A DNA stretch of 64,000 nt from Myxococcota bacterium (GCA_965247115.1 CBDFGR010000002.1:320001-384000), one strand, 5' to 3'. Positions 17,595 to 29,455 are shown, numbered from the stretch's first letter. Notes: generated by a model from the sequence alone, not told the origin. Numbers and translations: made by a program.

Positions 17595-18784
17595 GCGGAC
17601 GCAACCCGGCAAAAGATCAGGTCGCCATCGTGGGCGTCGGTCTGTCCCCGTACTCTCGCGACCGCCAGGGCGCGACCGCGGGCTCGCTGGTGATCGATGC
17701 CGTCCTCGCCGCGGTCCGAGACGCCGGCCTCGAGGCCGGGGACATAGACGGAATCTGCGGCTCGAGCGTCGCCGCACAGTACGTACAGGCGGCGCTCGGA
17801 ATCCCGGGGGTCACCTGGTTTGCGAACCCGCCCGCCGTGATCGGCAACCAACTGGTGGCTGCCGTCGCCGCCGTGTCCTCCGGCATGTGCGACACGGCGC
17901 TCGTCTACCACCACGCGTACCGACTCCCGTGGGCGTCGCGTTCGGCGGCCCGAGATCCGCTGCGCAGACGGGCCAAGCTGGGCGTGGCCGACACGCGCAG
18001 CTGGTGGGGCACCGGCCACGCTGAGGCCGGAGCCAACTCGATGCTGGGCGCACACGCGTACGCCGCGTGGGCGGGGCGCTACCTCCACGACTACGGCTAC
18101 ACCCGCGAGCACTTTGGCCTGGTCGCCATCAACTCCCGGACGAATGCCGCATGGAACGAAAATGCCGTCTACCGCCAGCCGCTGTCGATGGAGGGCTATC
18201 TCCAGGGCCGCATGGTCCGGGACCCGCTCTCGGTCTACGACATGGACGTGCCCGTCGACGGCGCCAACGCGTTCGTCGTCACGACGGCCGAGCGCGCGCG
18301 GGATCGACCGCACAAGCCCGTCCTCGTTCACGCGGCGACGCTAGGCCACACGGACTACGGCTCGGAGGAACAGCTGCTCGATCTCGATCACAGCGGCCAG
18401 ACCGTCGTCGCCCGCAGGCTCTGGGCAAAGTCCGACCTGGAGCTGGCCGACATCGACCTCTATTACCCGTACGAGGGCTTCTCCAACATCGCGCTCTCCT
18501 GGTTCGAGAGCATCGGCTACTGCAAGCGCGGCGAGGGGGGCGACTTCGCCCGCGACCAGTGGAACGACGAGCAGCAGCGGTTCCTGATCGCAGGTCGAAT
18601 TCCGGTCAACACGCACGGCGGGAGTCTCTCGGAGGGGGGAACCCAGGGCGCGGGGCACCTCCACGAGGCCGTTCTCCAGCTGCGCGGGGACGCCGGCGAG
18701 CGTCAGGCCCGAGCCAAGGCCGCTCTGGTCACCCCCGGCGGCTTCTACTTCAACTCGCAGGGATTCATTCTGCGCGCGGACTGA
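17591..18784 (+). CDS. SCP2-type thiolase-fold protein (Ltp2-like, no catalytic Cys seen)
   Basis: VAIVGVG, DMDVPVDGA, YEGFS, VNTHGGSLSEG; GTGA overlap with the DUF35 gene. Confidence 0.85.
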   Translation: MSGRNPAKDQVAIVGVGLSPYSRDRQGATAGSLVIDAVLAAVRDAGLEAGDIDGICGSSVAAQYVQAALGIPGVTWFANPPAVIGNQLVAAVAAVSSGMCDTALVYHHAYRLPWASRSAARDPLRRRAKLGVADTRSWWGTGHAEAGANSMLGAHAYAAWAGRYLHDYGYTREHFGLVAINSRTNAAWNENAVYRQPLSMEGYLQGRMVRDPLSVYDMDVPVDGANAFVVTTAERARDRPHKPVLVHAATLGHTDYGSEEQLLDLDHSGQTVVARRLWAKSDLELADIDLYYPYEGFSNIALSWFESIGYCKRGEGGDFARDQWNDEQQRFLIAGRIPVNTHGGSLSEGGTQGAGHLHEAVLQLRGDAGERQARAKAALVTPGGFYFNSQGFILRAD

Positions 18785-18795
18785 TCGAGAAACCT

Positions 18796-20532
18796 CTATT
18801 CCGCGAGGCCGTGCCGGAGCAGCTTCCCGGGAGTCGCGCCCGTGCAGACCCCTTCCTCGAAGGTGATCTCCCCGTTGACGATGATCGCCTTGTAGCCGAT
18901 TGCGCGCTGGACGCGCCGCCACTCCCCGCCGGGCAGGTCGTGCTCGACCTCTCCGATCCAGGGCGGATCGATGGCGAGCTCGTCGATGTCGTACACCACC
19001 ACGTCGGCCGCGGCTCCTTCATGGAGCACCCCCCGGTCGCGGAAGCCCGCCGCCTGGGCCGGCAGGTTCGAGAGCCGGTAGTGGGCCTCTTCGAGACTCA
19101 CCACCTCTTCGTCGCGGACGAGCCACGAGAGGAAATCGGTGGTGTAGGCGCCGCCCGTGAAGAACTTCGTGTGCGCGCCGCCATCCGAAACACCGGGGAT
19201 GGAGTACGGCTGGCCGATCATGTCGGCCATGAACTCCGCGTTGGATCCCCGGTCCGGTCCGAGGAATTCGACGTTCAGGTCTCCGGCGAGCGACAGGTCG
19301 AGCATGGCCTCGATGGGGCTCTTGCCCTCGGCGTCGGCGATCTCGCCCACCGACCGGCCCACGTAGGGCTCGAGCTCGTCTTGGCCGTTCACGCTCTGCA
19401 CGACCAGGTGCTTGGGGTTGCCGCCGACACCCGCCTGAATGATCTGCAGGCGACGGTCCGCGGCCTCGGCCTCCTTGACGAGGGCCTCGCGAAGCGCCGG
19501 ATCCTGCATCTTCTGGCGCTTCTCCTCCTTCGTGCCCGTGGTCACGTCCCGCCATGCCGGCGAGGCGTCGTACAGGTTCCAGTGCTCCAGCGTGAAAGCG
19601 AAGCCCGCGCGCCCGGTCCCGCACTGCGCGTAGATCGGCAAGCCCCGCTCGCGGCAGCGCTCGATCCAGCGCAGCGGCCGGCGATGGACCTCGGGGTCTC
19701 TCCGCGACGGGATCACGACGTTGTGAAGGATGGGGCGATTGGCTGTCTCCGCCAGCTTCTCGAGGAACGCGAGGTCCTTCTTGATGGGCCCACCCTCGGC
19801 CTGGGTGATCTGGATGAAGCCCTCGCCGCGCTCGCGCAGCACCTCGGCGAGCGCCAGGATGTCCGCGTCGGCCATCGTGTCGGTCACCATTGGCGAGCCG
19901 TCGAAGTCCGCCTGCACCGAGTCGGGACCGAGGCGCTGAATCGAGAAGCCGCAGAGGCCCGCATCCATCCCCTCGTGGAGCAAGCGCTGCATCTCCTTGC
20001 GCTCGTCATCCGTTGCCGGGCGGCTCTTGGCGGCTTCCAGTCCCATCACGTAGGTCATGAGCGAGGCGGTCGGCATGTACTGGATCACGTTGACGCCCTT
20101 CGGAGCCCTTTCCAGGCTGTCGAGGTACTCGGGGATCGTCTCCCAATCCCAAGTCATGCCCTCTTTCATCGACGGATAGGGAATGGCCTCGGTGCGGGTC
20201 ATGGTCAGCATGGAGCGCTCGCGGAAGTCGGACTTTACCGGCGCGAAACCGAAGCCGCAGTTGCCGAGCACGACCGAGGTCACGCCGTGCCACCCGGAGA
20301 TCGTGCACCAGGGGTCCCAGCGGATCTGGGCGTCGTAGTGCGTGTGCAGATCGACGAATCCCGGCGCCACGATCAGGCCGTCGGCGTCGATCACGCGCTC
20401 CGCGGATCCGACCGCTTTACCGCCGAGCTGGGCGATGCGGCCGTCCTTGATAAAGACGTCACCCACGTAGCGCTCGGCGCGCGTACCATCGACGATCGTT
20501 CCGCCCCGTAGCTGAAGATCGAACTGGGCCAT
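18796..20532 (-). CDS. N-acyl-D-amino-acid deacylase family amidohydrolase
   Basis: GGTIVDGT, APGFVDLHTHYDAQ, GVTSVVLGNCGFGFAP, SDGGAH, DLPGGEWR; ATG 20532 with GGGGGAG. Confidence 0.9.
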   Translation of the reverse strand: MAQFDLQLRGGTIVDGTRAERYVGDVFIKDGRIAQLGGKAVGSAERVIDADGLIVAPGFVDLHTHYDAQIRWDPWCTISGWHGVTSVVLGNCGFGFAPVKSDFRERSMLTMTRTEAIPYPSMKEGMTWDWETIPEYLDSLERAPKGVNVIQYMPTASLMTYVMGLEAAKSRPATDDERKEMQRLLHEGMDAGLCGFSIQRLGPDSVQADFDGSPMVTDTMADADILALAEVLRERGEGFIQITQAEGGPIKKDLAFLEKLAETANRPILHNVVIPSRRDPEVHRRPLRWIERCRERGLPIYAQCGTGRAGFAFTLEHWNLYDASPAWRDVTTGTKEEKRQKMQDPALREALVKEAEAADRRLQIIQAGVGGNPKHLVVQSVNGQDELEPYVGRSVGEIADAEGKSPIEAMLDLSLAGDLNVEFLGPDRGSNAEFMADMIGQPYSIPGVSDGGAHTKFFTGGAYTTDFLSWLVRDEEVVSLEEAHYRLSNLPAQAAGFRDRGVLHEGAAADVVVYDIDELAIDPPWIGEVEHDLPGGEWRRVQRAIGYKAIIVNGEITFEEGVCTGATPGKLLRHGLAE

Positions 20533-20703
20533 GGCTCCCCCTTCGCGTGTAGCGTCGTGGCACGATTCTACGCCTCTCCGTGGGCGGGACAACCCGGAAC
20601 TCCGGCCGATCCTCGAGAAGAAGCTAGCGCCAGGCAACTTCCAGAATCTCGTAGTGCGGTTTGGAGTCCCAGACCTTCGGCACCAGACGCTTCGGGCCAA
20701 TGA

Positions 20704-22383
<1,680 letters not shown>

Positions 22384-22431
22384 CGTCCACGGGTGCAGCG
22401 AGTAGACTTGTCAGCCGGAGACGGAGAAAGC

Positions 22432-23811
22432 ATGGCTGAGGAGACGAACACGCTGCTGGCGCTCGAGCCCGCGCACGTCCAGGCCCGTGCCATCCGCGAG
22501 GGCAAGACGTCGAGCCGCGCGCTGCTCGAGCTCTTCATTGACCGGATCGAGAGTCTCGACGGCGACATCAATGCGGTCGTTACGCGCGACTTCGACGCCG
22601 CGCGGCGCACGGCGGATCAGGCGGACGCCGTACTGGCGCGTGGAGACCCGATCGGTCCGCTGCACGGTCTACCGATCACGATCAAGGACGCCCTCGAGAC
22701 CCAAGGGTTACGCTCGACTGGCGGTGCGGACGACCTGAAGGACTACGTGCCCACGCGCGATGCCCCCGTCGTGCGCAAGCTCAAGGACGCCGGCGCGATC
22801 GTCATCGGCAAGACGAATCTTCCCGAGTGGTCTGGCGACGCCCAAGCCTACAACAGGCTGTTCGGCACCACGCGGAATCCGTGGAACCTCGAGCGCGGCC
22901 CCGGCGGTTCCTCCGGCGGCGCCGCCGCGGCCGTCGCCACCGGGATGACCGCGTTCGAGATCGGCACCGACATCGGCGGATCGATCCGCTTTCCCGCCGC
23001 ATTCTGCGGCGTCTTCGGCCACAAGCCGAGCTTCGGCATCGTGCCTTCGACCGGGTATCTGGATCACGCGGACGGGGGAACCACGGAGGCCGACGTGAAC
23101 GTGATCGGCCCGATCGCGCGTTCGGCGGAAGACCTCGAGCTACTGCTTCCTCTCCTCGTGAAGGACACTCCGCCCTGGGACGTGCGTCTCGACGAACCCG
23201 CGGATGTCGCAGCGCTGCGCGTAGCCGCGTGGCTCGATGATCCGGCCTGCCAGGTGGATCGCGAAGTCCTGGAGGTCACGACGCGCGCCACCGACGCCCT
23301 CGAAGCCTCGGGTACGGAGGTCGACCGGGATGCGCGCCCCGAGCTCGACTTCGCCTCCCTTCGCGTCACGGGTGGACTCCTCGTGATGTCGGCTAATCCT
23401 TCGGACAAGGAGATCGACCTCTCGCACAAACGCTGGTTCGAGCTGCACAAGCAGCGCGTCGAGGCGCAGGCGCGTTGGGCCGAGTTCTTCGGGCGCTACG
23501 ACGTGCTCCTGCTGCCCGTGTCGTTCGTCCCGCCCTTTCCCCATGTACACACGAAGATGAGCGAGCGCACGCTCGCATGCAACGGCGTGGAGCGTCCCTA
23601 CTGGGACATCGCCTCGTGGACTCTGCTGGTGGGCATGGCCTACCTGCCCTCGACGGTCCCGCCCATCGGCCTGTCCTCGAGCGGGCTCCCGATCGGTATC
23701 CAGGTCGTGAGCCGCTACGGAGCGGATCTGACGACGATCCGCTTTGCCGCGCATCTCTCGCGGCTGTGTGGGGGCTACCAGCCACCTCCCATTGCCCTTC
23801 AAGGCAGCTGA
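22432..23811 (+). CDS. Amidase signature family protein
   Basis: LHGLPITIKD, GKTNLPE, PGGSSGGAAAAV, GTDIGGSIRFPA. Confidence 0.92.
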   Translation: MAEETNTLLALEPAHVQARAIREGKTSSRALLELFIDRIESLDGDINAVVTRDFDAARRTADQADAVLARGDPIGPLHGLPITIKDALETQGLRSTGGADDLKDYVPTRDAPVVRKLKDAGAIVIGKTNLPEWSGDAQAYNRLFGTTRNPWNLERGPGGSSGGAAAAVATGMTAFEIGTDIGGSIRFPAAFCGVFGHKPSFGIVPSTGYLDHADGGTTEADVNVIGPIARSAEDLELLLPLLVKDTPPWDVRLDEPADVAALRVAAWLDDPACQVDREVLEVTTRATDALEASGTEVDRDARPELDFASLRVTGGLLVMSANPSDKEIDLSHKRWFELHKQRVEAQARWAEFFGRYDVLLLPVSFVPPFPHVHTKMSERTLACNGVERPYWDIASWTLLVGMAYLPSTVPPIGLSSSGLPIGIQVVSRYGADLTTIRFAAHLSRLCGGYQPPPIALQGS

Positions 23812-23853
23812 ACCGGGAAGGAACGCCCGCGGGCTCCTCCGTACGGCTTGGTA

Positions 23854-25305
23854 TCAGCGCCGCCAGAAGCCTGGTGTGAGGATGACGAGCGCCGTGTAGA
23901 TCTCAAGCCTGCCCAGGATCATGAGTCCGCTCATGACCAGCTTCGCGGCTGGCTCGAAGTGGTCATACGTGGTGGCCGGGCCGACACCGCCGAAGCCCGG
24001 CCCGACGTTTCCCAGCGTAACCGCCGCCGCCGAGAAGCCCGTGTGCAGATCGGAGCCGAGCAGGCAGAGCAGAGCGGTTCCGAAGCCGAGAACGACGATC
24101 CACATGCCGATGAAGCCGAGCACGCTCAGCATCACCTGTTCTTCGATCGTGGTGCGTCCCAGCTTGATCGTCCCGTAGCCATGCGGATGCACCAGCCGGA
24201 AGAACTGGGAGAACGCGAGTCGCACCAGCACGAGCACACGAATCACCTTGACCCCGCCACCCGTGGAGCCCGCCATGCTGCCGACGAACCACAGGCAGAG
24301 GATGGCCGCGTGCGAGAGCGGCGGCCAGGAATCGTAGTTCTGTGTCGAGTATCCCGTCGTCGAGAGGATCGAAGCGGTCTGGAACGCGGCGTGCTCGAGT
24401 GCCCCGGCGGTGTCCGGGTACGCGCCGTCGCTGCCGAAGCGCAGGTCGAGAGTGATCAGCAGTGCGACGAGCACGAAGATACCGAAGTAGAGCCTCAGCT
24501 CCGGATAGTCAGCCCACGGGATCCCGCGGGTGAGCGAGGTGTGGAGGATGGCGAAGCTCGTACCTCCGAGCAGCATGAAGATCGATGTCACGACGTTGAT
24601 ATAGCCGGAGCCGTAAAAGCCCAGAGACGCGTCGTGAGTCGAGAAGCCAGCAGTGGAGATGGTCGTCATCGCGTGGCAGACGGCATCAAACGGACTCATG
24701 CCACCGAGATAGAGCAGGCCACCATCGACGATCGTGAGCCCGAGGTAGATCGTCCAGAGCAGCTTCGCGGTCTCGGCGATGCGGGGCGTGAGCTTGTCCT
24801 TGGTCGGTCCGGGCGCCTCCGCCTTGAAGAGCTGCATGCCTCCCAGGCCGAGAATGGGGAACACGGCGATGCCGAGCAGCACCATGCCCAGACCACCCAT
24901 CCACTGCGAGAGGCTCCTCCAGAGCAGGACGGAACGCGGCAACCCGTCGAGGCCGGACAGGACCGTGGCGCCCGTCGTCGTGAGTCCGGACGTGGACTCG
25001 AACAGGGCGTTCACCGTGGAGATCTGCAGGCTCTCGTTGTGCATGAAGGGCACCGCGCCGAGGAGACACGCCGAGACCCAGGCCAGCGTGACCGCGATGA
25101 ACGCCGAGCGATGCTCCAGCGCCAGCTGTACGCCCCGCGCCTGCACGAGACACAGGGCTCCCAACACAGCACCGAGACCCACGGCCGTCGCAAAGGGCTG
25201 CCACGGCTCTTCGAGCACGACGGCCATGATCAAGCTGGCGGTCTGTGCGAGTGCCACCACACTCAACACCACCCCGACCAGCCAGAGGATGGTCCGCCAA
25301 TTCAT
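23854..25305 (-). CDS. trkH: TrkH potassium uptake membrane protein
   Basis: FESTSGLTTTGAT, QWMGGLG, KLTPRIAETAK, STAGFS, GSTGGGVK, LGNVGPG, GRLEI. Confidence 0.92.
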   Translation of the reverse strand: MNWRTILWLVGVVLSVVALAQTASLIMAVVLEEPWQPFATAVGLGAVLGALCLVQARGVQLALEHRSAFIAVTLAWVSACLLGAVPFMHNESLQISTVNALFESTSGLTTTGATVLSGLDGLPRSVLLWRSLSQWMGGLGMVLLGIAVFPILGLGGMQLFKAEAPGPTKDKLTPRIAETAKLLWTIYLGLTIVDGGLLYLGGMSPFDAVCHAMTTISTAGFSTHDASLGFYGSGYINVVTSIFMLLGGTSFAILHTSLTRGIPWADYPELRLYFGIFVLVALLITLDLRFGSDGAYPDTAGALEHAAFQTASILSTTGYSTQNYDSWPPLSHAAILCLWFVGSMAGSTGGGVKVIRVLVLVRLAFSQFFRLVHPHGYGTIKLGRTTIEEQVMLSVLGFIGMWIVVLGFGTALLCLLGSDLHTGFSAAAVTLGNVGPGFGGVGPATTYDHFEPAAKLVMSGLMILGRLEIYTALVILTPGFWRR

Positions 25306-25361
25306 CGCCGGCGTACTCTAGCAGTCCTTGTGGGGCGGGTCTCGTGAGATCTAGCGCCTCG

Positions 25362-25411
25362 CGGAGGACTCGTTCATCGCTGGTCCCCGGATCGACCGGC
25401 GAAGTCCTCCG
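25362..25411. terminator. Imperfect long hairpin downstream of the VOC gene
   Basis: Outer arms CGGAGGACT...AGTCCTCCG with inner arms GCTGGTC/GACCGGC. Confidence 0.35.
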
Positions 25412-25414
25412 GGG

Positions 25415-26122
25415 CTACTCAGCACGCTGGAAGTCGTCTGGTACTTTCGGGAACGCGTAGCGAATGGGCTCCGTGACGCCGTCCCAGGTCCTCGAGAGGT
25501 GGCCCACGTACGCCAGCAGGCGCTTGTACTTTCCGTACGCTCCCCCCTCCAGGTTCTGCCCGCACGAGAGTTCGATGTGGAACCCGAACTCGCTCATCAG
25601 GTCGAAGTAGTGCACGGTCGGCATGTCGGGGTTGCCGGGAGGCCCGCTCCCGGGCTTGCCTGCGCCCTCGATGAGCTGGATTGAGGGCACCCACCCCGCG
25701 GCAAAGCAGGCGTCGACCAGCTCGACGTAGCGCTCCCGCGGCACGGTGAAGTTGATGTGCTGGAGCCCGTTGCCCCGAGATTTGAGCCAGTCGTTGTGGC
25801 AGGAGGGCTCTTCGTTGTACGGCTGGACCAGCTCGATGCCCGTATCCGCGTTGAACCCGAAGGCGACGAGCGCGCGATATGCCGTCGGCTCGCCGTAGTG
25901 CAGCTGTGTGGCGCGAAGCTTGCCCTTTCTGCCCCCGCCCGCCCTCACCTGCGCGTCCCACCGGTCCATGCGATCCTTGGTGATGAAGAACCACGGACCG
26001 ATGCCGAGGGCCATGTAGTCGGCCATCGCCTTCTGGATGTCCGACACGACGTGGCCGTAGTGGTCGAAGGGCCCGCAGATCTCCCGGATCTTGCGCACCA
26101 TCTCGCCGTCCCTGCTCGCCAT
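25415..26122 (-). CDS. VOC/glyoxalase family protein (methylmalonyl-CoA epimerase-like)
   Basis: DHYGHVVSDI..LGIGPW, IELVQP, GLQHINF, HIEL. Confidence 0.75.
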   Translation of the reverse strand: MASRDGEMVRKIREICGPFDHYGHVVSDIQKAMADYMALGIGPWFFITKDRMDRWDAQVRAGGGRKGKLRATQLHYGEPTAYRALVAFGFNADTGIELVQPYNEEPSCHNDWLKSRGNGLQHINFTVPRERYVELVDACFAAGWVPSIQLIEGAGKPGSGPPGNPDMPTVHYFDLMSEFGFHIELSCGQNLEGGAYGKYKRLLAYVGHLSRTWDGVTEPIRYAFPKVPDDFQRAE

Positions 26123-26155
26123 GAATCCCTTCCTCCATCCTAGGTCCTATTGATT

Positions 26156-27367
26156 TTACAACCCCGCCCCGGCAATCACTTCGGTTTGGGCAAGCTCTCG
26201 CAACGCGGCCTCGCTCAGACCGAGCTCGGCGAGCACTTCTTTCGTATGCTCGCCGAGCCGAGGCGGTACCCCGGACGGCGCAGTCGGCGCGCCGTCCACC
26301 GTAAAGCCGGCACCCAGCACGTCCAGCTTGCCGTCCTCGATGCCGGGTACTCCCGAAAGGTGCGTCAGCGCGCCGCGGTGGGCAAGTTGCGGATTGGCAA
26401 GCACCTCCGCCGGAGTTTTCAGCGTGCCGCTCGGCACGCCGGCCGCGCGCAGCACTTGATCCCAATGCTCTGCGGTGTTCGTTCGAAACAGCTCGGCAAA
26501 CACCCCGCGCAACGTCAGCCAGTTGTGGTGTGCGGCCTGAGCCGTGGCAAAACGTTCGTCCGCGAGCAGGTCGGCCCGCCCCAGCCCATGGGCCATACGC
26601 TCGAATAGGCGGCGAGTGTTCGCGTTCACGAGCAGGACGCCGTCCTGGGTGTCGAACGTGCCGGCGGAGCCGGACCGCGCCAGCGGGTTACGGCCGACGC
26701 GCGGGCGCTGCTGACCGGTGGCCAGGAAGCCGTAGTAGTTCAGACCCATCAGCGCCATTGCGGATTCCAGCATCGACACGTCGAGATAAGCGCCTTGCCC
26801 CGTGTGCGCGCGGCGCACCAGCGCGGCAAGTAGCGCGGAGCTCGCGATCACGGCGGTGCCGGCGTCGATCGCCGCAAAGCCGACCCGCACAGGCTCGTCC
26901 ACCGTGCCCGTCGAATCCATCATGCCGGACTCACCCTGCATCAGATGGTCGAAGGCTGGCCGGTCACTCTCCGGTCCCGTCTGCCCGTAGCCGGAAATTG
27001 CGCAGTACACGATGCTGTCGTTGACGCTGCGTGCGGCCTCGTAGCCGATGCCCAGCCGGTCCGCGGTGCCGGGTCGCAGGTTCGACACCACCGCGTCGGC
27101 ACCCCCGATCAGCCGTTGCACCAGCGCCAGTCCGGCCTCGGATTTCAGGTTCACCGCAACAGACCGTTTGCCCGCGCTCTGGCCGAGAAATCCCGGGCTC
27201 ATGCCCGGCTCGCTGCCCGCGCCCATGCCGCGCATCATGTCACCACCGTCCGGCGACTCGATCTTGATCACCTCGGCGCCCATCAATGCCAGCTGATACG
27301 TGCACAGGGGCCCGACGTGCACGTGCGTGAAATCGATGATGCGGGTACCGGTCAGAAGGTTGGACAT
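26156..27367 (-). CDS. CaiB/BaiF family III CoA-transferase
   Basis: GAEVIKIESPDGGD, GKRSVAVNLK, NLRPG, SGYGQTGP, PPRLGEHT. Confidence 0.92.
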   Translation of the reverse strand: MSNLLTGTRIIDFTHVHVGPLCTYQLALMGAEVIKIESPDGGDMMRGMGAGSEPGMSPGFLGQSAGKRSVAVNLKSEAGLALVQRLIGGADAVVSNLRPGTADRLGIGYEAARSVNDSIVYCAISGYGQTGPESDRPAFDHLMQGESGMMDSTGTVDEPVRVGFAAIDAGTAVIASSALLAALVRRAHTGQGAYLDVSMLESAMALMGLNYYGFLATGQQRPRVGRNPLARSGSAGTFDTQDGVLLVNANTRRLFERMAHGLGRADLLADERFATAQAAHHNWLTLRGVFAELFRTNTAEHWDQVLRAAGVPSGTLKTPAEVLANPQLAHRGALTHLSGVPGIEDGKLDVLGAGFTVDGAPTAPSGVPPRLGEHTKEVLAELGLSEAALRELAQTEVIAGAGL

Positions 27368-27428
27368 GGGAGTGTGAATGGTACCCGACGCGGCACACGC
27401 CTCGGCAGGCTCGACACTCTCTCGCTCA

Positions 27429-27454
27429 GGTAGTTAACTGGCTAGTTAATTACC
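27429..27454. promoter_or_regulatory. AT-rich imperfect palindrome (operator or terminator)
   Basis: GGTAGTTAACTGG/CTAGTTAATTACC. Confidence 0.45.
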
Positions 27455-27460
27455 AAGGTA

Positions 27461-28297
27461 TCACAACTGCGAAAGTGCCTTGCCCAGCGCTTCTACCACC
27501 GACGCTCTATACGGGTCACGCAACGAAAAGATCACGGTGTCCACGCCCGCCTCACCGAGTGCCATTGCGGTTTCCGCAGTTTTGTGAGGATCTTCGTCGG
27601 CAGGTAACGCAATCTGCACTGAGCATTCGATGTCGCTGATGTCACGGCCGACGCGCTCGCAGTGCGCCTGTAGTACCTCGTACTTGTGGCGAAACCGATC
27701 CGGTGATGCGAACGGCAGGTTCCAGTGATCCGCGTACCGGGCAGCAATTCTGAGCGTACGTTTTTCCCCCCCGCCGCCAATCACGATCGGCGGGCCGCCC
27801 CGCTGCGAACCTTTAGGTTCACAACGTGCTTTGTCCAGCTGGTAATACTCGCCGGTGAACGTGGTGTACTCTTCCCGCAGCAGCGAGCGCACCACCTGCA
27901 CGCCCTCTTCGAAACGGTCCATGCGCTGCCCTAGTGAAAGCAGATCGATGCCATAGGCGGCACACTCCCCCTCATGCCAGCCGGCACCCAGCCCTAGATT
28001 CAGTCGGCCGCCGGTAATGATGTCGAGAGACGCGGCCATATTTGCCGTCACTGCGGGATGTCGATACGGCATGCCCTGCACCATCGCGCCCACGCGTACC
28101 CGTTGGGTATTTACCGCCAAGGCCGTCAGGGTCACCCAGGCTTCCATGCAGGAGCCGTTCGGATCGCCAACCAGCGGATAGAAGTGATCAAAGTTCCAGC
28201 AGCTGGTGAATACGTCCACCTGGTCGGTGGCCTTCCAGACGTCGAGCATGTCCTGCCAGCTGCAGTGCTGGGGCGGCGTCTTGACCCCGTAGTTCAT
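27461..28297 (-). CDS. LLM class, probably F420-dependent, oxidoreductase
   Basis: WNFDHFYP, EAWVTLTALA, YRHPAVTANMAASLD, GLGAGW, IGGGGEKRTLRIAARYADHWN. Confidence 0.88.
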   Translation of the reverse strand: MNYGVKTPPQHCSWQDMLDVWKATDQVDVFTSCWNFDHFYPLVGDPNGSCMEAWVTLTALAVNTQRVRVGAMVQGMPYRHPAVTANMAASLDIITGGRLNLGLGAGWHEGECAAYGIDLLSLGQRMDRFEEGVQVVRSLLREEYTTFTGEYYQLDKARCEPKGSQRGGPPIVIGGGGEKRTLRIAARYADHWNLPFASPDRFRHKYEVLQAHCERVGRDISDIECSVQIALPADEDPHKTAETAMALGEAGVDTVIFSLRDPYRASVVEALGKALSQL

Positions 28298-28300
28298 CGA

Positions 28301-29455
28301 TTACGCTCCCTTGGTTGTCTTGCCACTGGTGTCCAGCCCCAATAGCTCCTTGCCGAAATCCTCATAGGAGCCATCCGAAATCATCGCATGCTGCGCAGAC
28401 ACCGTGAGGTCCCGGTGAATACGCTGCAGCACATTGCGGCTCGCCACCGCACCTGCACCTGCCTGGCGCAGCGCCCGGCCGCCAATCGCGAGCGAGCGTT
28501 CCGTGGCATGGGCACAGACCGCCCTGAGCTTTGCCGCTGCCGGCATGAGTCCGGCCGGGTCAACCTGGCTGATCCTTGTCATTTCTTTAGCAAGGCGTCT
28601 CACGCCGGCATAGAGGCTTTCCCACTCGGCCTCGAGCCTTCCGAGCTCCGTCTGAAAGCTCTGTTTGCTGGCCACCGACTGGGATTCCAGCAGACGGTAC
28701 TTCGACGCGGCCTGCTCGGTTACCTCGTCAAGCGCCCGGCGGGCACCACCCAGCGACACCGAGGCGTGTTCGATGGGCAGTCTCGGTCCCGGGTCGCTTT
28801 TTCGCCAGCCGCTACGCGGTGTCTTCGTCAGGACAAGCCGCTCGGGCACGAACGCCTCGAACACCGAGTAGCTGCTGCTGCCCGAGCCACACAATCCGGC
28901 CACGTACCAGTCATCGTGAATCTGCACCTCTGCGATCGGGACCACCAGACCCACGGATGTTTCGGATCCGGCGACCAGGCAATTGGCGACAATATAGCTC
29001 GCATGATGAATACCGCTGCCAAATCCCCATTTGCCGCTCGCGACGTAGCCGCCCTCGACGGTCCGTGCTTCACCGGATGGCTTGAGTGAGCCTGCGGCGA
29101 CAGGCAGGCGCTTCGGCCAGTGCTCTTGCGAGAACACCTCCTTTAGACCTTCGTCCGGCAAGCCGGTTGCCATCATCGCCGTCGCCGTATTGCCGATCAT
29201 CATCGTCCAGCAGGCCGACATGTCGGCCCGCGCCACCGCGATCATGACATCGATCTGGGTCACCAGGTCGGCATCGTAGCCGCCGCGTTCGCTCGGTACC
29301 CAGAGGCCAAAGAGCCCGGCTTCATGCAGCGCATTCACGGCTTCGGAACACAACGTGCGCAGTGCTTCCGATTTCGCCGCCGTTTCATCCAACAGGGAGA
29401 AAATGTCAGCCACTCGTGCCAGCAGCGCTTCCCGGGTGGGAAGTGACGTGTTCAT
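28301..29455 (-). CDS. Acyl-CoA dehydrogenase-fold flavin-dependent hydroxylase (HsaA/indole oxygenase-like)
   Basis: SEALRTL, GKWGFGSGIHHA, DDWYVAGLCGSGS, LQRIHRDL..AQH; SD AAGGAGG. Confidence 0.82.
   Translation of the reverse strand: MNTSLPTREALLARVADIFSLLDETAAKSEALRTLCSEAVNALHEAGLFGLWVPSERGGYDADLVTQIDVMIAVARADMSACWTMMIGNTATAMMATGLPDEGLKEVFSQEHWPKRLPVAAGSLKPSGEARTVEGGYVASGKWGFGSGIHHASYIVANCLVAGSETSVGLVVPIAEVQIHDDWYVAGLCGSGSSSYSVFEAFVPERLVLTKTPRSGWRKSDPGPRLPIEHASVSLGGARRALDEVTEQAASKYRLLESQSVASKQSFQTELGRLEAEWESLYAGVRRLAKEMTRISQVDPAGLMPAAAKLRAVCAHATERSLAIGGRALRQAGAGAVASRNVLQRIHRDLTVSAQHAMISDGSYEDFGKELLGLDTSGKTTKGA

Noticed and set aside
18067..20511. 814-aa plus-strand ORF
   Set aside because: Mostly antisense to the deacylase and out of frame with the thiolase; no motifs; typical high-GC shadow ORF
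23848..25347. 499-aa plus-strand ORF (and similar long ORFs at 8191-9573, 49266-50771, 51370-52740, 54993-56357)
   Set aside because: Shadow frames of well-supported genes, with no recognisable domains
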